DNA of 64,000 bases from an uncultured Oscillospiraceae bacterium (GCA_949948775.1 CATLHC010000002.1:20211-84210), one strand, 5' to 3'; shown: positions 16,833 through 26,300, numbered from the stretch's first letter. Notes: generated from the sequence alone by a model not told the origin. Made by a program: numbers and translations.

Positions 16833-17936
16833 ATGGCATTTGGAAAACCGAAAGCGCCCAAGGCGCCCAAAGAAAAGAAGCCCAAGAAACCCAAAAAGGA
16901 GAAGCCTCCCAAGGCCAAAAAGCCCCAAAAAGGGAAAAACGCTCCGGAGGCGGTGGAGGGGCAGGAGGAGGAGCAGCCCAAGAAAAAGCTCCCCCTGCCG
17001 TTTTTGATCATCTCGCTGGTGGTTATCATCGCCGCCGCAGTCATTGTGTTTCTCTTTGTCATCAAGCCCATGCTCAGTGGCGACGCGGACCCGGACGCCT
17101 CCGTCTCCGTGGAACCGGAGCCTCCGGTGCTGCCCACGGAGATCCCCATCGGCGACGACGTGTCCATTAAGGGCCTGCAGCTGGAGGCGGATGAGAGCGG
17201 AGCCCAGGCGGTGAAGGCGAAGACCATCACCTATACCTACACCAACCTGGTGGACTCGGGCAAGGCCGCCCAGACCTATGTCGGGCAGCTGGCGGGCGAG
17301 GATCCCCGTTTCAATGTGGTGGACGAGGAGTTTGTGATCCAGCGGGAAGCACCGGATTACACCGCCGCCGAGGGCATGGTGCTGCTGGCCCGGAATGTGC
17401 CGGTGGAGGAGCCGGAGGCCACGGATCCCCCTGAGACGGAGCCCGCCGAGACGCAGTCCCAGGACCCGGACGCCAGCGCCGAACCCACACCGACTCCCAC
17501 CCCGGAGCCGGAGCCCGAACCCACGGAGGAACCGGTCACCTATGTGCACACCGTGCGCATCACCTGGTCGCCGGGGGTGTGCGTGGTTACTGCGGATGAA
17601 CAGGTGGGTAAGGTTACCTCTCCGCCGCCCAGCGTGGTCACCGCCCAGCATCCCGTTACCCAGCGGGGCGCGGTGCAGCAGCTGGAGAAACTGGGTCCGG
17701 CGGCGCTGGGTCTGCCCGGAGCGTCCATGGACATGTATGAGATTATCCCTATGGACGCCACTGAGATGGTGAATGGGGCGCCCTGTATCCGGATGCATGT
17801 CTTCAACGACGACAACGCGGCCCAGAGCAACGACCTGGTTGGAAGCTACCTCTTAAGCATCGACGCGGAGCACCTTTACCGGGTGGACCCGCTGACCGAC
17901 GAGATTATAGAGCTGGAGTACGAATACATTCCTTAG
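16833..17936 (+). CDS. Bitopic membrane protein of unknown function (Lys/Pro-rich cytoplasmic N-terminus, acidic external domain)
   Basis: KPKAPKAPKEKKPKK N-terminus, one TM (FLIISLVVIIAAAVIVFLFVI), PT/PE linker; co-oriented with the FtsA-like gene. Confidence 0.8.
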   Translation: MAFGKPKAPKAPKEKKPKKPKKEKPPKAKKPQKGKNAPEAVEGQEEEQPKKKLPLPFLIISLVVIIAAAVIVFLFVIKPMLSGDADPDASVSVEPEPPVLPTEIPIGDDVSIKGLQLEADESGAQAVKAKTITYTYTNLVDSGKAAQTYVGQLAGEDPRFNVVDEEFVIQREAPDYTAAEGMVLLARNVPVEEPEATDPPETEPAETQSQDPDASAEPTPTPTPEPEPEPTEEPVTYVHTVRITWSPGVCVVTADEQVGKVTSPPPSVVTAQHPVTQRGAVQQLEKLGPAALGLPGASMDMYEIIPMDATEMVNGAPCIRMHVFNDDNAAQSNDLVGSYLLSIDAEHLYRVDPLTDEIIELEYEYIP

Positions 17937-17943
17937 AACCGCA

Positions 17944-17980
17944 AAAGCCGCTGAGAGCGCAAGCTCTCAGCGGCTTTGTT
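17944..17980. terminator. Bidirectional terminator overlapping AAA gene stop
   Basis: AAAGCCGCTGAGAGC-gcaa-GCTCTCAGCGGCTTT. Confidence 0.85.
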
Positions 17981-19274
17981 CCGTCATGGGCGTGAGATAT
18001 GGGCGCTCCGGCGTGCCCGTCAGCCGCAGGGGCGTCTTCGCGTGGGGCAGGGAGGCATGGGCCAGAAACACCGGGGTGAGCAGTCCCTCCAGCATGGGGA
18101 CGGCGGAGCGGGGGGAGATGGCCTGGGCAGGGGTCAGCGCCTGGGCGATGGCCGGGTCCACCTGAGCCACATCCAGGCCGTACTCCCGGCCCAGGGCTGA
18201 GATCTGCTTGGCGGTGACCTGCTGCCTGCCCAAGCCGTCCAGAGGCTGAAAACCGATCAGCCCGCTGAAACGCCCAGCGATCTCCCGCAGAACGCCGGAC
18301 CGGGCCAGGGCCAGCCGGGCGGATTCATCCGCCCGGTACAGCCGCCGGGCCGGATCAAGATCACGGGCCCCTTCCGCTGCCGGAGGCGATTCCTGCTCCG
18401 GCAGGGCAAAGCCCGGCCGCCGCTCCCTGCCTGACAGGTCGGTGTTGGTGGTGAACAGGAAGATGCAGCGGCGAAAGTCCAGCTCTCGGCTTCCCTGCTT
18501 TTCCCGGCGGGCGGTGGAGCGGCCCTCATCTAAAATGGACATAAATACTTTGAACACTTCCGGGTGGGCCTTGTCCAGCTCATCAAACATCAATACCGTG
18601 TGCGGACAGCGGCGCACCGCTTCCAGGACGGCGTCGTCGTCGTAACCCACGTACCCCGGCGGCGCGCCGGTGAGGCGGTAGACGGAATGGGGCTGCGTAA
18701 AGGTGTTCAGCTCCGTCCAAACCAGGTGATAGCGCTCCTCCCCCAAGCAGCGGTTCAGGGCGGGAGCCACCGCCTTGCCCAGCTCCGATTTGCCCACGCC
18801 GGTGGGGCCGTAGAAAATGAGCGACAGCGGCCGGAGCGGCTCCCGCTTACAGGTGTGGCACCACAGCTTGAACGCTGCGGCGTCCACCGCGTCCCTTTGG
18901 CCTAGCACTCGGCTGCGCAGTTCCTCCCGCAAGGTCTGGAGCAGCCTCGGCTCCGGATGAAGAAACACCCGATCCAATTCCCGCAGGCGGTCCGCCATGG
19001 CCTGAAAACCGGCGTAGCGCTGGACCGCGCCCTGCAAAAAGAACTCGTTCAGCCTGGGATCCGTACCCGCGTATGCCACCGCCGGGCGAAAGTACAGCAG
19101 ATAATCCTCCCCCGTCCTCCAAAAGCCCACCTGGACTTGGGCCGGCGAGCATCCGGCCGGCAGCGTACACCCCGCGAACTCATAGCTGCGTCCCAGGCGG
19201 GCGCAGGCGTCCACCTTCTGCTTCAGCAGGGCGTATCCGGACGGGCCGCAGGCACAGAACTGGGAAAACTCCAT
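17967..19274 (-). CDS. Stand-alone Clp D2-type AAA+ ATPase (AAA_2)
   Basis: RVLGQRDAV, FYGPTGVGKSELGKA, RLTGAPPGYVGY, FDELDKAHPEV, ILDEGR, DFRRCIFLFTTN. Confidence 0.88.
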   Translation of the reverse strand: MEFSQFCACGPSGYALLKQKVDACARLGRSYEFAGCTLPAGCSPAQVQVGFWRTGEDYLLYFRPAVAYAGTDPRLNEFFLQGAVQRYAGFQAMADRLRELDRVFLHPEPRLLQTLREELRSRVLGQRDAVDAAAFKLWCHTCKREPLRPLSLIFYGPTGVGKSELGKAVAPALNRCLGEERYHLVWTELNTFTQPHSVYRLTGAPPGYVGYDDDAVLEAVRRCPHTVLMFDELDKAHPEVFKVFMSILDEGRSTARREKQGSRELDFRRCIFLFTTNTDLSGRERRPGFALPEQESPPAAEGARDLDPARRLYRADESARLALARSGVLREIAGRFSGLIGFQPLDGLGRQQVTAKQISALGREYGLDVAQVDPAIAQALTPAQAISPRSAVPMLEGLLTPVFLAHASLPHAKTPLRLTGTPERPYLTPMTEQSR

Positions 19275-19337
19275 AAACGGCCTCCTTACGGTTTAAGAGT
19301 GCTCTGATTATAGCCATCTGGAGCGAAAATCAACCAT

Positions 19338-19368
19338 AAAAAAACCGGCCCGCAGGCCGGTTTTTTTG
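19338..19368 (-). terminator. Terminator at end of flgM...csrA-yjfB operon
   Basis: AAAAAACCGGCC-cgca-GGCCGGTTTTTT. Confidence 0.85.
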
Positions 19369-19369
19369 T

Positions 19370-19552
19370 TTACGCATAGACGTCGATGTAATCTCCCTTA
19401 GCGGGAGTGGGAACGGCTTCCAGCATCTTCGCGAACTCCTGGCCGGCCAGCTCCTGGCTGTCCATCATCTTCTTGGTCACGGCCAGTGAGTAATTGGTGG
19501 CAAAAGACGCGGCGCTCATCCCCATGGCCATTTGAGCAATGGATTCCATCAT
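19370..19552 (-). CDS. YjfB-family putative motility protein
   Basis: 60 aa; SIAQMAMGMS..SLAVTKKMMDSQE..KML..KGDYIDVYA pattern. Confidence 0.8.
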   Translation of the reverse strand: MMESIAQMAMGMSAASFATNYSLAVTKKMMDSQELAGQEFAKMLEAVPTPAKGDYIDVYA

Positions 19553-19555
19553 AGG

Positions 19556-19855
19556 TCAGTCCTCCTTTCCCTCCGGCGCCGCCGGAGCCTGGGTATCAGG
19601 AGGGGTGGATTGCTGTCCCTCCCGCTTATCCAGCACGCCGCCCAGCAAGTCCAGAAGCTCCACAGGGGCGGCTTCCTCCATGGCGGAGTCCCGGTTGGCG
19701 CTGGCGGCGACCACCAGCTCACTGCGCAGGATGGAAACATCCTCCGGCGCGGAGATGGCCAGACGCACCCGCGCTCCATCCACCGAGACCACGCGAACCG
19801 TGATATCCTCGCCAATCAGCACGGACTCGCCGGCCTTGCGCTGCAGGATCAACAT
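19556..19855 (-). CDS. csrA: Carbon storage regulator CsrA
   Basis: MLILQRKAGESVLIGEDITVRVVSVDGARVRLAISAPEDVSILRSEL; overlaps fliW. Confidence 0.95.
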   Translation of the reverse strand: MLILQRKAGESVLIGEDITVRVVSVDGARVRLAISAPEDVSILRSELVVAASANRDSAMEEAAPVELLDLLGGVLDKREGQQSTPPDTQAPAAPEGKED

Positions 19856-20301
19856 GTGGCGCCCTCCTCCTTGCCAAACTGAGCCAGAGGGTGGCGCATT
19901 TCATAGGCGTCCGTCTCCAGGATCACCTGCTTGGCCGTCCGGGTCTCCGGGTGGATGGCTACGGGGCACTTCAGGTTGACCGTGCTGTCGGACACCGGCT
20001 TCTTTACCACGCACAGCACATAGAAGCCCAACTCGTGGCTCTCCGCCACGCCCAGTTCCTTCAGTTCCTGGGGCTGAAGGACGGGATCGTAGTCAGGCAG
20101 CAGAGAGAAGGGGTTCATGGCCACAAAGGCCAGACTGGGGGTGTGGACGCTCTGGAAGCACAGCAGGGACCCGGCGCTGCCGTCGAAGGGCAGCAGCAAA
20201 AATTCCCGCTCCTCCTCAAAACCGAAGGGACCCACGGTGAAGGTGACCACATCCTCCGCCTCATAGTCGATCTGTCCGAAATATTTGGTCTGGAGCTTCA
20301 A
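19849..20301 (-). CDS. fliW: Flagellar assembly factor FliW
   Basis: TKYFGQIDY..GPFGFEE..FQSV..LAFVAMNPF..TVNLKCPVAI..KQVIL..YEMRHPL. Confidence 0.95.
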   Translation of the reverse strand: MKLQTKYFGQIDYEAEDVVTFTVGPFGFEEEREFLLLPFDGSAGSLLCFQSVHTPSLAFVAMNPFSLLPDYDPVLQPQELKELGVAESHELGFYVLCVVKKPVSDSTVNLKCPVAIHPETRTAKQVILETDAYEMRHPLAQFGKEEGATC

Positions 20302-20327
20302 GCAAACGCCTCCTGTCAGAGTATGCG

Positions 20328-20951
20328 TCAGGCCTCCACGTCCACCGGCTCATAGCTGGGGTCGGCGGAGGGCGGCACGTACAGCGGCCCGCCCACGTAT
20401 TTGATAATGACGTCGGGCTGCTGGGTCACGGTCAGCTCAATGTCACCGGGGGTGAACTCAAATTTGGGCTCATTCATCCGCCAGTCGAAATTCAGCTTAT
20501 CCATCTCATACCGGATGTGCATCTCGCCCGGGTCCCAGGTGATCTCAGGGGGCACGGAGGGCAGGAACTGCAGACCCTCGTTGAGCTTCAGGTCCTTGGT
20601 GGCTGCCTCAGCCGCGAATTGACCCAGCACGTCCTCCCCCAGCTTGGCGTTCAGCAGCATCTGCCCGTGCTGGGCATAGGTGGCCGTGGCGGTGTAGGAC
20701 GCCTCCCGGCCCTTCTGGGCGGCCTGTTCCTGGGAGCGCATAGCGGTGGGGACAACGGAGTTGCGGGCCTCAAAGGTGTCGATATTCAGCTTGATGGGCC
20801 GACTCTTGATGCTCAGACCGCCCTCGCCCCGAGAGATTTCCAGATCGGCGGTCCCCCTAGTATATTCCAGCTTGGCGTGGGACACCTTCATTTCAATCTC
20901 AATGGGAACCGTTTTAATTTCGATCAAGGGATACATAGTCTCATTTTCCAC
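20328..20951 (-). CDS. YviE/DUF6470-family protein
   Basis: Between flgL and fliW; IKLNIDT, V.QQPDVIIKYVGGPLYVPPSADP.Y motif. Confidence 0.75.
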   Translation of the reverse strand: MENETMYPLIEIKTVPIEIEMKVSHAKLEYTRGTADLEISRGEGGLSIKSRPIKLNIDTFEARNSVVPTAMRSQEQAAQKGREASYTATATYAQHGQMLLNAKLGEDVLGQFAAEAATKDLKLNEGLQFLPSVPPEITWDPGEMHIRYEMDKLNFDWRMNEPKFEFTPGDIELTVTQQPDVIIKYVGGPLYVPPSADPSYEPVDVEA

Positions 20952-20996
20952 TCCTCTCTAAGCTCAAATTCCTCATAAACGCCGCAGCGTTTCAAC

Positions 20997-22634
20997 TTAT
21001 TGCAGGTAATCCATCAAGCTCTGGGAGAGGACGCTGTTACCCACCTTCAACGCGGCGTTATAGCAGTATTCGGCCCAGAGGAAGGAGGAGATGGCATCGG
21101 CCATGTTGACATCCTCCAGATTGGAGTATTGTTCCTTCAGGTTGTAGACGTTGTCCTCCAGCAGATCGTAGTTGTTCTTCAGTTTCTCGGTTCCGGCGCT
21201 CTGGTTGGTAAACTGGGTCTTGAACTCGGAGGAGGCGTCCTCCAGCTTGCCCACCAGGCGGTCAAACTCATCGTAGGTCGCCTTATCCCATTTGCCCTCC
21301 TGGGGGGCGTTGACGGCGATGTCCTTGAGGCGCTGGACAAGGGAATAGATATTCTTGGGGTCGCCCGCCTCGTCCACGCCGTAGCCCAGGAAGGTCAGGC
21401 CGCTGAGGCACTCATTAAAGGCGCTGGACTCAATGAGCTTACCGTTCTCATCCTCCTGGAAGCCCAGGCCGATATCCACGAAGCGCTTCTCGTTGGCCAG
21501 GTATTCCAGCTTCTCCGCGTCCGAACAGGCCTTGGCGTACTCCGACTCGGTGACAAAGCAATTGTCCGAACCCTTGATGAGATAACTTTTCGTGCCGTCC
21601 ACGGTGACCGTATAGGCGTTGCCGTTCTCATCCCTCATGATGCTGTCGTCGACGGTGTCAAACTCGTCCTTCAGGACCAGATCCTCTGCCATGTAATAGG
21701 TGCGCGGGTTTGCGGGAAGGGGTTCGACAAATTCAAAGGTCTCGGTAAATTTGGCTCTCTCCTCGTCCACCGCGGCCTGGACCTCTTCGTCCGTTGCGGC
21801 GGGATTGTTTGCCCTATAGTCCGTCTCGACTTGAGTCATGTAAGCCTCAAAGGCGGCCTCGTCCATGCCGGTGGCCTGCGGAGTCTTTTTCAGCAGATAA
21901 TAGACGTTTCCATCGGTCCCATACAAGGTCACAGGGACTCCGTTGGTCTCCCGCTCCACCTCCTGCACCTTGGAGGCGTCCAGCAGCTCCACCCCTTGCC
22001 GCAGATAGGTTGCCTCATTGGGGTCAAGGGGAGCAACGGCACCGGTATTTTTATCTTCGATCTGGACCTCTACCCTGCTCTGATCCGCGTTCAGCGTCAG
22101 CTTCGGCTTCGCCGCGTCCACTGGGATGCCCCGGTAGTACAGCTGCTTTTTGCCGTTCACTTCCTCCACGGTGAAGGGTACGTTATGACCGTCCGCTCCG
22201 GCGAAGATAAACTCGTCGCCATAGGTCTGGTTCATGTTTTGGATGATGGTGTCGCTGAGATTGTCCAGCACCTTGTTCAGCTGGGTGCGGGCGTCGCCGG
22301 TGGGGTCGTTGAGCATTCTCAAGGCGGCGTCCTTCAGGGTGCTGACATCGCTGCTGCTGTTTTCAGTATCGATCAGCTCGCTGACAGTCTGGAGCGAGGC
22401 AAAAGCCCCCTGATACTTGTGGTAGGTGTTGTCGCAGATTTTCAGCTGGCTGCTGGTCATCATGCGGGACTTGCGCAGCCGGAAGCTCTTGGCGGCGGCG
22501 GCGGGGTCCTCGGCGTAGGAGTTGAACACCCGCTGGGTGAGCACCGTCTCCCGGGCCTTGTTGTCGGTGATGAATGAGTTCATCAGATTATAGCGGTAGC
22601 TTCTCAGCACGCCGCCTGTGGTTGCTCGAATCAT
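20997..22634 (-). CDS. flgL: Flagellar hook-associated protein 3 FlgL
   Basis: SYAEDPAAAAK, NQTYGDEFIFAG, SNLEDVNMADAI..YNAALKVG..LSQSLMDYL; follows flgK. Confidence 0.92.
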   Translation of the reverse strand: MIRATTGGVLRSYRYNLMNSFITDNKARETVLTQRVFNSYAEDPAAAAKSFRLRKSRMMTSSQLKICDNTYHKYQGAFASLQTVSELIDTENSSSDVSTLKDAALRMLNDPTGDARTQLNKVLDNLSDTIIQNMNQTYGDEFIFAGADGHNVPFTVEEVNGKKQLYYRGIPVDAAKPKLTLNADQSRVEVQIEDKNTGAVAPLDPNEATYLRQGVELLDASKVQEVERETNGVPVTLYGTDGNVYYLLKKTPQATGMDEAAFEAYMTQVETDYRANNPAATDEEVQAAVDEERAKFTETFEFVEPLPANPRTYYMAEDLVLKDEFDTVDDSIMRDENGNAYTVTVDGTKSYLIKGSDNCFVTESEYAKACSDAEKLEYLANEKRFVDIGLGFQEDENGKLIESSAFNECLSGLTFLGYGVDEAGDPKNIYSLVQRLKDIAVNAPQEGKWDKATYDEFDRLVGKLEDASSEFKTQFTNQSAGTEKLKNNYDLLEDNVYNLKEQYSNLEDVNMADAISSFLWAEYCYNAALKVGNSVLSQSLMDYLQ

Positions 22635-22655
22635 AGCGCGAATACCTCCTTACGC

Positions 22656-25277
22656 TCAGCGTCCGGCAACGCCGGTGTTGTTGATGAGCCGGTCCAGCGC
22701 CTCGTCAATGACTGTCATCATGCGCATGGCGGCGTTGAGGGCCTTCTGGAACTGCATCATGTTCATGGCCTCGTCGTTCAGGTCCACGCCGGACACGCCG
22801 TCCCGCTGGGTGTCGATTTCCACCAACTGGGTGTAGCTGTTGTTCAGGGCGATATTGTTGGCTCGGATATCCTGGCCGCAGATGGTGTTCATGTTGCTGA
22901 ACATATCGTTGAAATTGCCCTCAAACAGCTTGGTGCTCACCGAGTCCGGCACCAGGTCCCGAGGGTTGTAGACCAGGTTCTTCTCGATCATGTTGAGCAT
23001 GTGGCCGGCATTGTCGCTCTGGGTGGTATGGGGGACCTTGACGCCGTTTTCCTCCAGGAAAAGCACCTTGTATGTGGGCACCAGCGACACGCTGCCGTTG
23101 GACCAGCTGTGGGACACGGAGATGTTGGCGGCGGTGATGTTGCTGGGGTCGTCGTTATCGTTGCGGTTGCTGAACAGTACGCCGCCCATTTTGACGGCGC
23201 CGTCGGGATTTGGAGAGCCGTCGGGCAGTGTGGTTGTTTTTTCCAGCCACTGGGTTATATCAGGATTTCCGTCTTTGTCGACCAGTCCAGCATCTATCAA
23301 GGCTTGCTTCTGCGCATCCGTCAGACCATTTACCGCACTGATGGGAACACCCGGGACGCCGCCCAATTCGAGCAGCTCACCCTTTTCGTTGATATAGTTC
23401 CCATCCTTGTCCTGCATATAACCCACGTTGATCTTATTGTACTGGGTGGCGAACTGACGGGCCAGCAGGTCCAGGGACAGCTGATAGTAGGGGAGACCCC
23501 GCCTCTCGGCGGCGTTCTCGTCGATTTTGACCTCGTCCGGGGTGGTGAACTCGCCCTTCTCGGTCAGCAGCTCCCGGGTGGCCTGGAGGGAGCCGTGCAG
23601 GTCGTTATCGTCCAGGTCCACCACTTTTGTGTGCCGGATGATGGTGCTCACCTTGTTCCACTCGCCGTTGATCTGCTGGTAGCTGGTGATGGTTTCCGCG
23701 TTTTCCTCCGGCGTATCGGGATCGGTTTTCTCCGCCGGGGGGGTAAGGACGGCGTCCTTGCCCGCCGTGATGACCTGACGGGTGCTGAAGGTGAGCTTGC
23801 CTTCGGGGTCCGTTCCGGCTTTCGCCCCCAGCCTGGGACGCTCGCTTACAGGAATCGCGCCGGCGTTTTGCGCCTCGAAAAGAATGGTTGTGGGATTAGC
23901 CGGGTCAATCCTCACGTTGTATTTACCCGTATACTCCGGGTCTTGGGCTAACTTGCCGCAGATAAAGGCGGCCAATTTTTCCGGATCGTTGGCATCATCC
24001 ACGCTGATATCCGCGCCTGCGGCGGTGTCTCCGACGTTATAGTTTGTTCCGGCAATGGTGAACGTATTTCCGTCGACCCATTTCACCCCCGACGGTGTAA
24101 AGTTGAAGCCGTAGACGGCCTTGGTAGCTGGTTCCTTAACGGTCCACTGGTCGGGTGCGGTTCCTCCTGTTGCTCCCTGTGTTTCGCTGGTCCGCAAAGC
24201 GTCGATAATCGCCTGCGTGGCGGCGTCGACCTTCTCATAGACCGTGGAGATGCCCTTCCATTCCTGGTCCTTGACATCCAGCAGCTTGGAAATGGACAAG
24301 TCGAAGTTATCGGTGAACGCGGCGTCCTTAAGCTCTAGCACCGGATTGCCGTCCTTGTCCAGATAGGGCTCGTTGCCTGCGGCGGGGTCCTGGTCGGGGT
24401 CAAAGTTTGGATTGGGCACCGGCGTCCGATAGAGCTGCGCCCCGAACACGCCGTCGATGAGCATGGACTCGTCGGTGTGAACTGTTTTATCCGGGTTGTC
24501 GTCGTCCAGGTAGATGGACAGCTTCTCCACCGTTTGGCCGCTGCCGATACTCTCCTCAGTGTAGATCACCTTGATGTGGAGGTACTGGGACAGGGTGTCG
24601 ATCTGGCGGTTGCGCTCGTCCCGCAGCTCCAGGGCGTTGTCACCATAAATCTCGCAGTCCCGGATCTCCCGGTTCAGGTCCCGAATATTGGTGAGGCACT
24701 CGTTGATCTCCGTCACCTGATCGTCAAAGTCCTTCAGCGTATCCTGGTACAGTTTATCCAGCTTGCCTGCGTACTCGTTGAACAGCCCGCACAGGATTCC
24801 GGCGGAGGTGCGCACCAGGTCGTTGTTGGTCTTGGTGGGCTCCGCCTCATAGGCGCGCAGCTTCTCGGCCAGGTCCTGAATCTGGGCGTGGAGCAAACCG
24901 TCGCCCTTTTCGTTATCTTCGGGGTTCTCACCCTTGCCGATCTCATCCAGAATGTCGGCGACCTCCTGCAGACCAGCCAGCATCCGGTCGGTGTAACCCA
25001 CGTCCGCCCTGGTATTGCGGAAGCGCACGTCCAGATAGGGGTCGCGGATTTGGTTGATGTTCATGACCAGCGCGCCGCTGCCCACGTGATTGTCCATCTG
25101 GGAGCGGTATCTGTCATAGGCGCCCGCCTTAAAGCTGACCTGATCCAGCCGCTGGCGGGTATAGCCCTCGGTATTGATGTTGGAGACATTGTTGCCCGTG
25201 ACCTGCAAACCCAGCTGCGCGGCGTAGATGCCCAGGCGTGCGGTGGTAAAGGCGTCAAAGGTTCCCATGGTAGACAT
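22656..25277 (-). CDS. flgK: Flagellar hook-associated protein 1 FlgK
   Basis: GLQVTGNNVSNINTEGYTRQR, RDPYLD, LRDERN, RDGVSGVDLNDEAMNMMQFQKALNAAMR. Confidence 0.96.
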   Translation of the reverse strand: MSTMGTFDAFTTARLGIYAAQLGLQVTGNNVSNINTEGYTRQRLDQVSFKAGAYDRYRSQMDNHVGSGALVMNINQIRDPYLDVRFRNTRADVGYTDRMLAGLQEVADILDEIGKGENPEDNEKGDGLLHAQIQDLAEKLRAYEAEPTKTNNDLVRTSAGILCGLFNEYAGKLDKLYQDTLKDFDDQVTEINECLTNIRDLNREIRDCEIYGDNALELRDERNRQIDTLSQYLHIKVIYTEESIGSGQTVEKLSIYLDDDNPDKTVHTDESMLIDGVFGAQLYRTPVPNPNFDPDQDPAAGNEPYLDKDGNPVLELKDAAFTDNFDLSISKLLDVKDQEWKGISTVYEKVDAATQAIIDALRTSETQGATGGTAPDQWTVKEPATKAVYGFNFTPSGVKWVDGNTFTIAGTNYNVGDTAAGADISVDDANDPEKLAAFICGKLAQDPEYTGKYNVRIDPANPTTILFEAQNAGAIPVSERPRLGAKAGTDPEGKLTFSTRQVITAGKDAVLTPPAEKTDPDTPEENAETITSYQQINGEWNKVSTIIRHTKVVDLDDNDLHGSLQATRELLTEKGEFTTPDEVKIDENAAERRGLPYYQLSLDLLARQFATQYNKINVGYMQDKDGNYINEKGELLELGGVPGVPISAVNGLTDAQKQALIDAGLVDKDGNPDITQWLEKTTTLPDGSPNPDGAVKMGGVLFSNRNDNDDPSNITAANISVSHSWSNGSVSLVPTYKVLFLEENGVKVPHTTQSDNAGHMLNMIEKNLVYNPRDLVPDSVSTKLFEGNFNDMFSNMNTICGQDIRANNIALNNSYTQLVEIDTQRDGVSGVDLNDEAMNMMQFQKALNAAMRMMTVIDEALDRLINNTGVAGR

Positions 25278-25306
25278 AGCAGTAACTCCTTATCCGTCCC
25301 GCGCCC

Positions 25307-25798
25307 TCAGGCGCGAAAATCTGTCTTCATATTCCTGGGCGGCTCCGTGCCGGGAGGCGCGGTATAACCCGCGCTCACGCTTGCGTCCAAATCCTTGGGG
25401 TCCCCGCCGGCGGCGATCACAAGCTTTTCGATTTGGTGCAGGTTCAGCTCCAGTGTGCTGCGGGCCAGCTCCGCGCCGCTTCGATAGATCTTGTAGCTGT
25501 TTTGCACCCGGCGCACCGTCTCACGGGTCTCCAGCTCCAGCTCCGCGGGGCATTTGGAGGGCAGCTCGGCCAGAGAGGTGCCCTCCAGCCCCAGCTGGGG
25601 CGCCAGCTTCATCCGCTTCAGCTCCAGTCCCCGTACATTGAGGGACAGGGCCTGCTCCTGCTTGAGTACCTCATCCAGAGCCAGCAGGTCATCCTGCCGC
25701 ACCGCGGCGGCCTTTTGCTCGGACAGGGCGGCCAGCTGCTCCAAAAGACGGCCCACCTCCTGCAGCAAATTTAAATATGCCTCAAAGGGGGTGGTCAT
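25307..25798 (-). CDS. flgN: Flagellar export chaperone FlgN
   Basis: Helical 163-aa protein between flgM and flgK with C-terminal GY and DFRA. Confidence 0.85.
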   Translation of the reverse strand: MTTPFEAYLNLLQEVGRLLEQLAALSEQKAAAVRQDDLLALDEVLKQEQALSLNVRGLELKRMKLAPQLGLEGTSLAELPSKCPAELELETRETVRRVQNSYKIYRSGAELARSTLELNLHQIEKLVIAAGGDPKDLDASVSAGYTAPPGTEPPRNMKTDFRA

Positions 25799-26115
25799 CG
25801 AGCTCCCTCCCCAAGAAACAGGATACGGGCCGCGATGGCCATGGGGTCGGGCGTGTATTCACCGCAGGCCACCTGCTGGCGCAGGGCGGCAATGTCTCCG
25901 GTGGTAGTGGCGGTGCGCACCTCCTGGGACAGCCGGCTGACCAGCCCCATGTGGAAGCGGCTGTCCTGGCTGGCGGTGGAGATGGTCACACTGTCATATT
26001 GATTGCTGCCGGAGCTTGCTTTGGTCCGCCCCTTTTGTCCTGCCGTGGTCCGATAGACCTTTGCGGGACCAATGGAAGAGATCGCTCCGTAGCCAGACGA
26101 GGTCAACACAGTCAC
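25795..26115 (-). CDS. flgM: Anti-sigma-28 factor FlgM
   Basis: DSVTIS..IAALRQQVACGEYTPDPMAIAARIL; sigma-28 promoter upstream. Confidence 0.9.
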   Translation of the reverse strand: MTVLTSSGYGAISSIGPAKVYRTTAGQKGRTKASSGSNQYDSVTISTASQDSRFHMGLVSRLSQEVRTATTTGDIAALRQQVACGEYTPDPMAIAARILFLGEGAR

Positions 26116-26156
26116 TCACATCCTTCTTGATATTTTTGCTTCTGCATCCATGTTAT

Positions 26157-26183
26157 ATATCGGCAAACTTGGCTCGAACATAA
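26157..26183 (-). promoter_or_regulatory. Sigma-28 promoter of flgM operon
   Basis: Minus strand TTATGTTC-N11-GCCGATAT. Confidence 0.8.
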
Positions 26184-26300
26184 GAAAGAGGTGGAAATTT
26201 CTTTGTATATACACAACGCCCGGAGCCTTTTCCCATGGGCTCCGGGCGAGATTTCCCTGTGTTGTGCGCTTTTTTCAGCGGTTTTCGTGATTTTGCCAGC

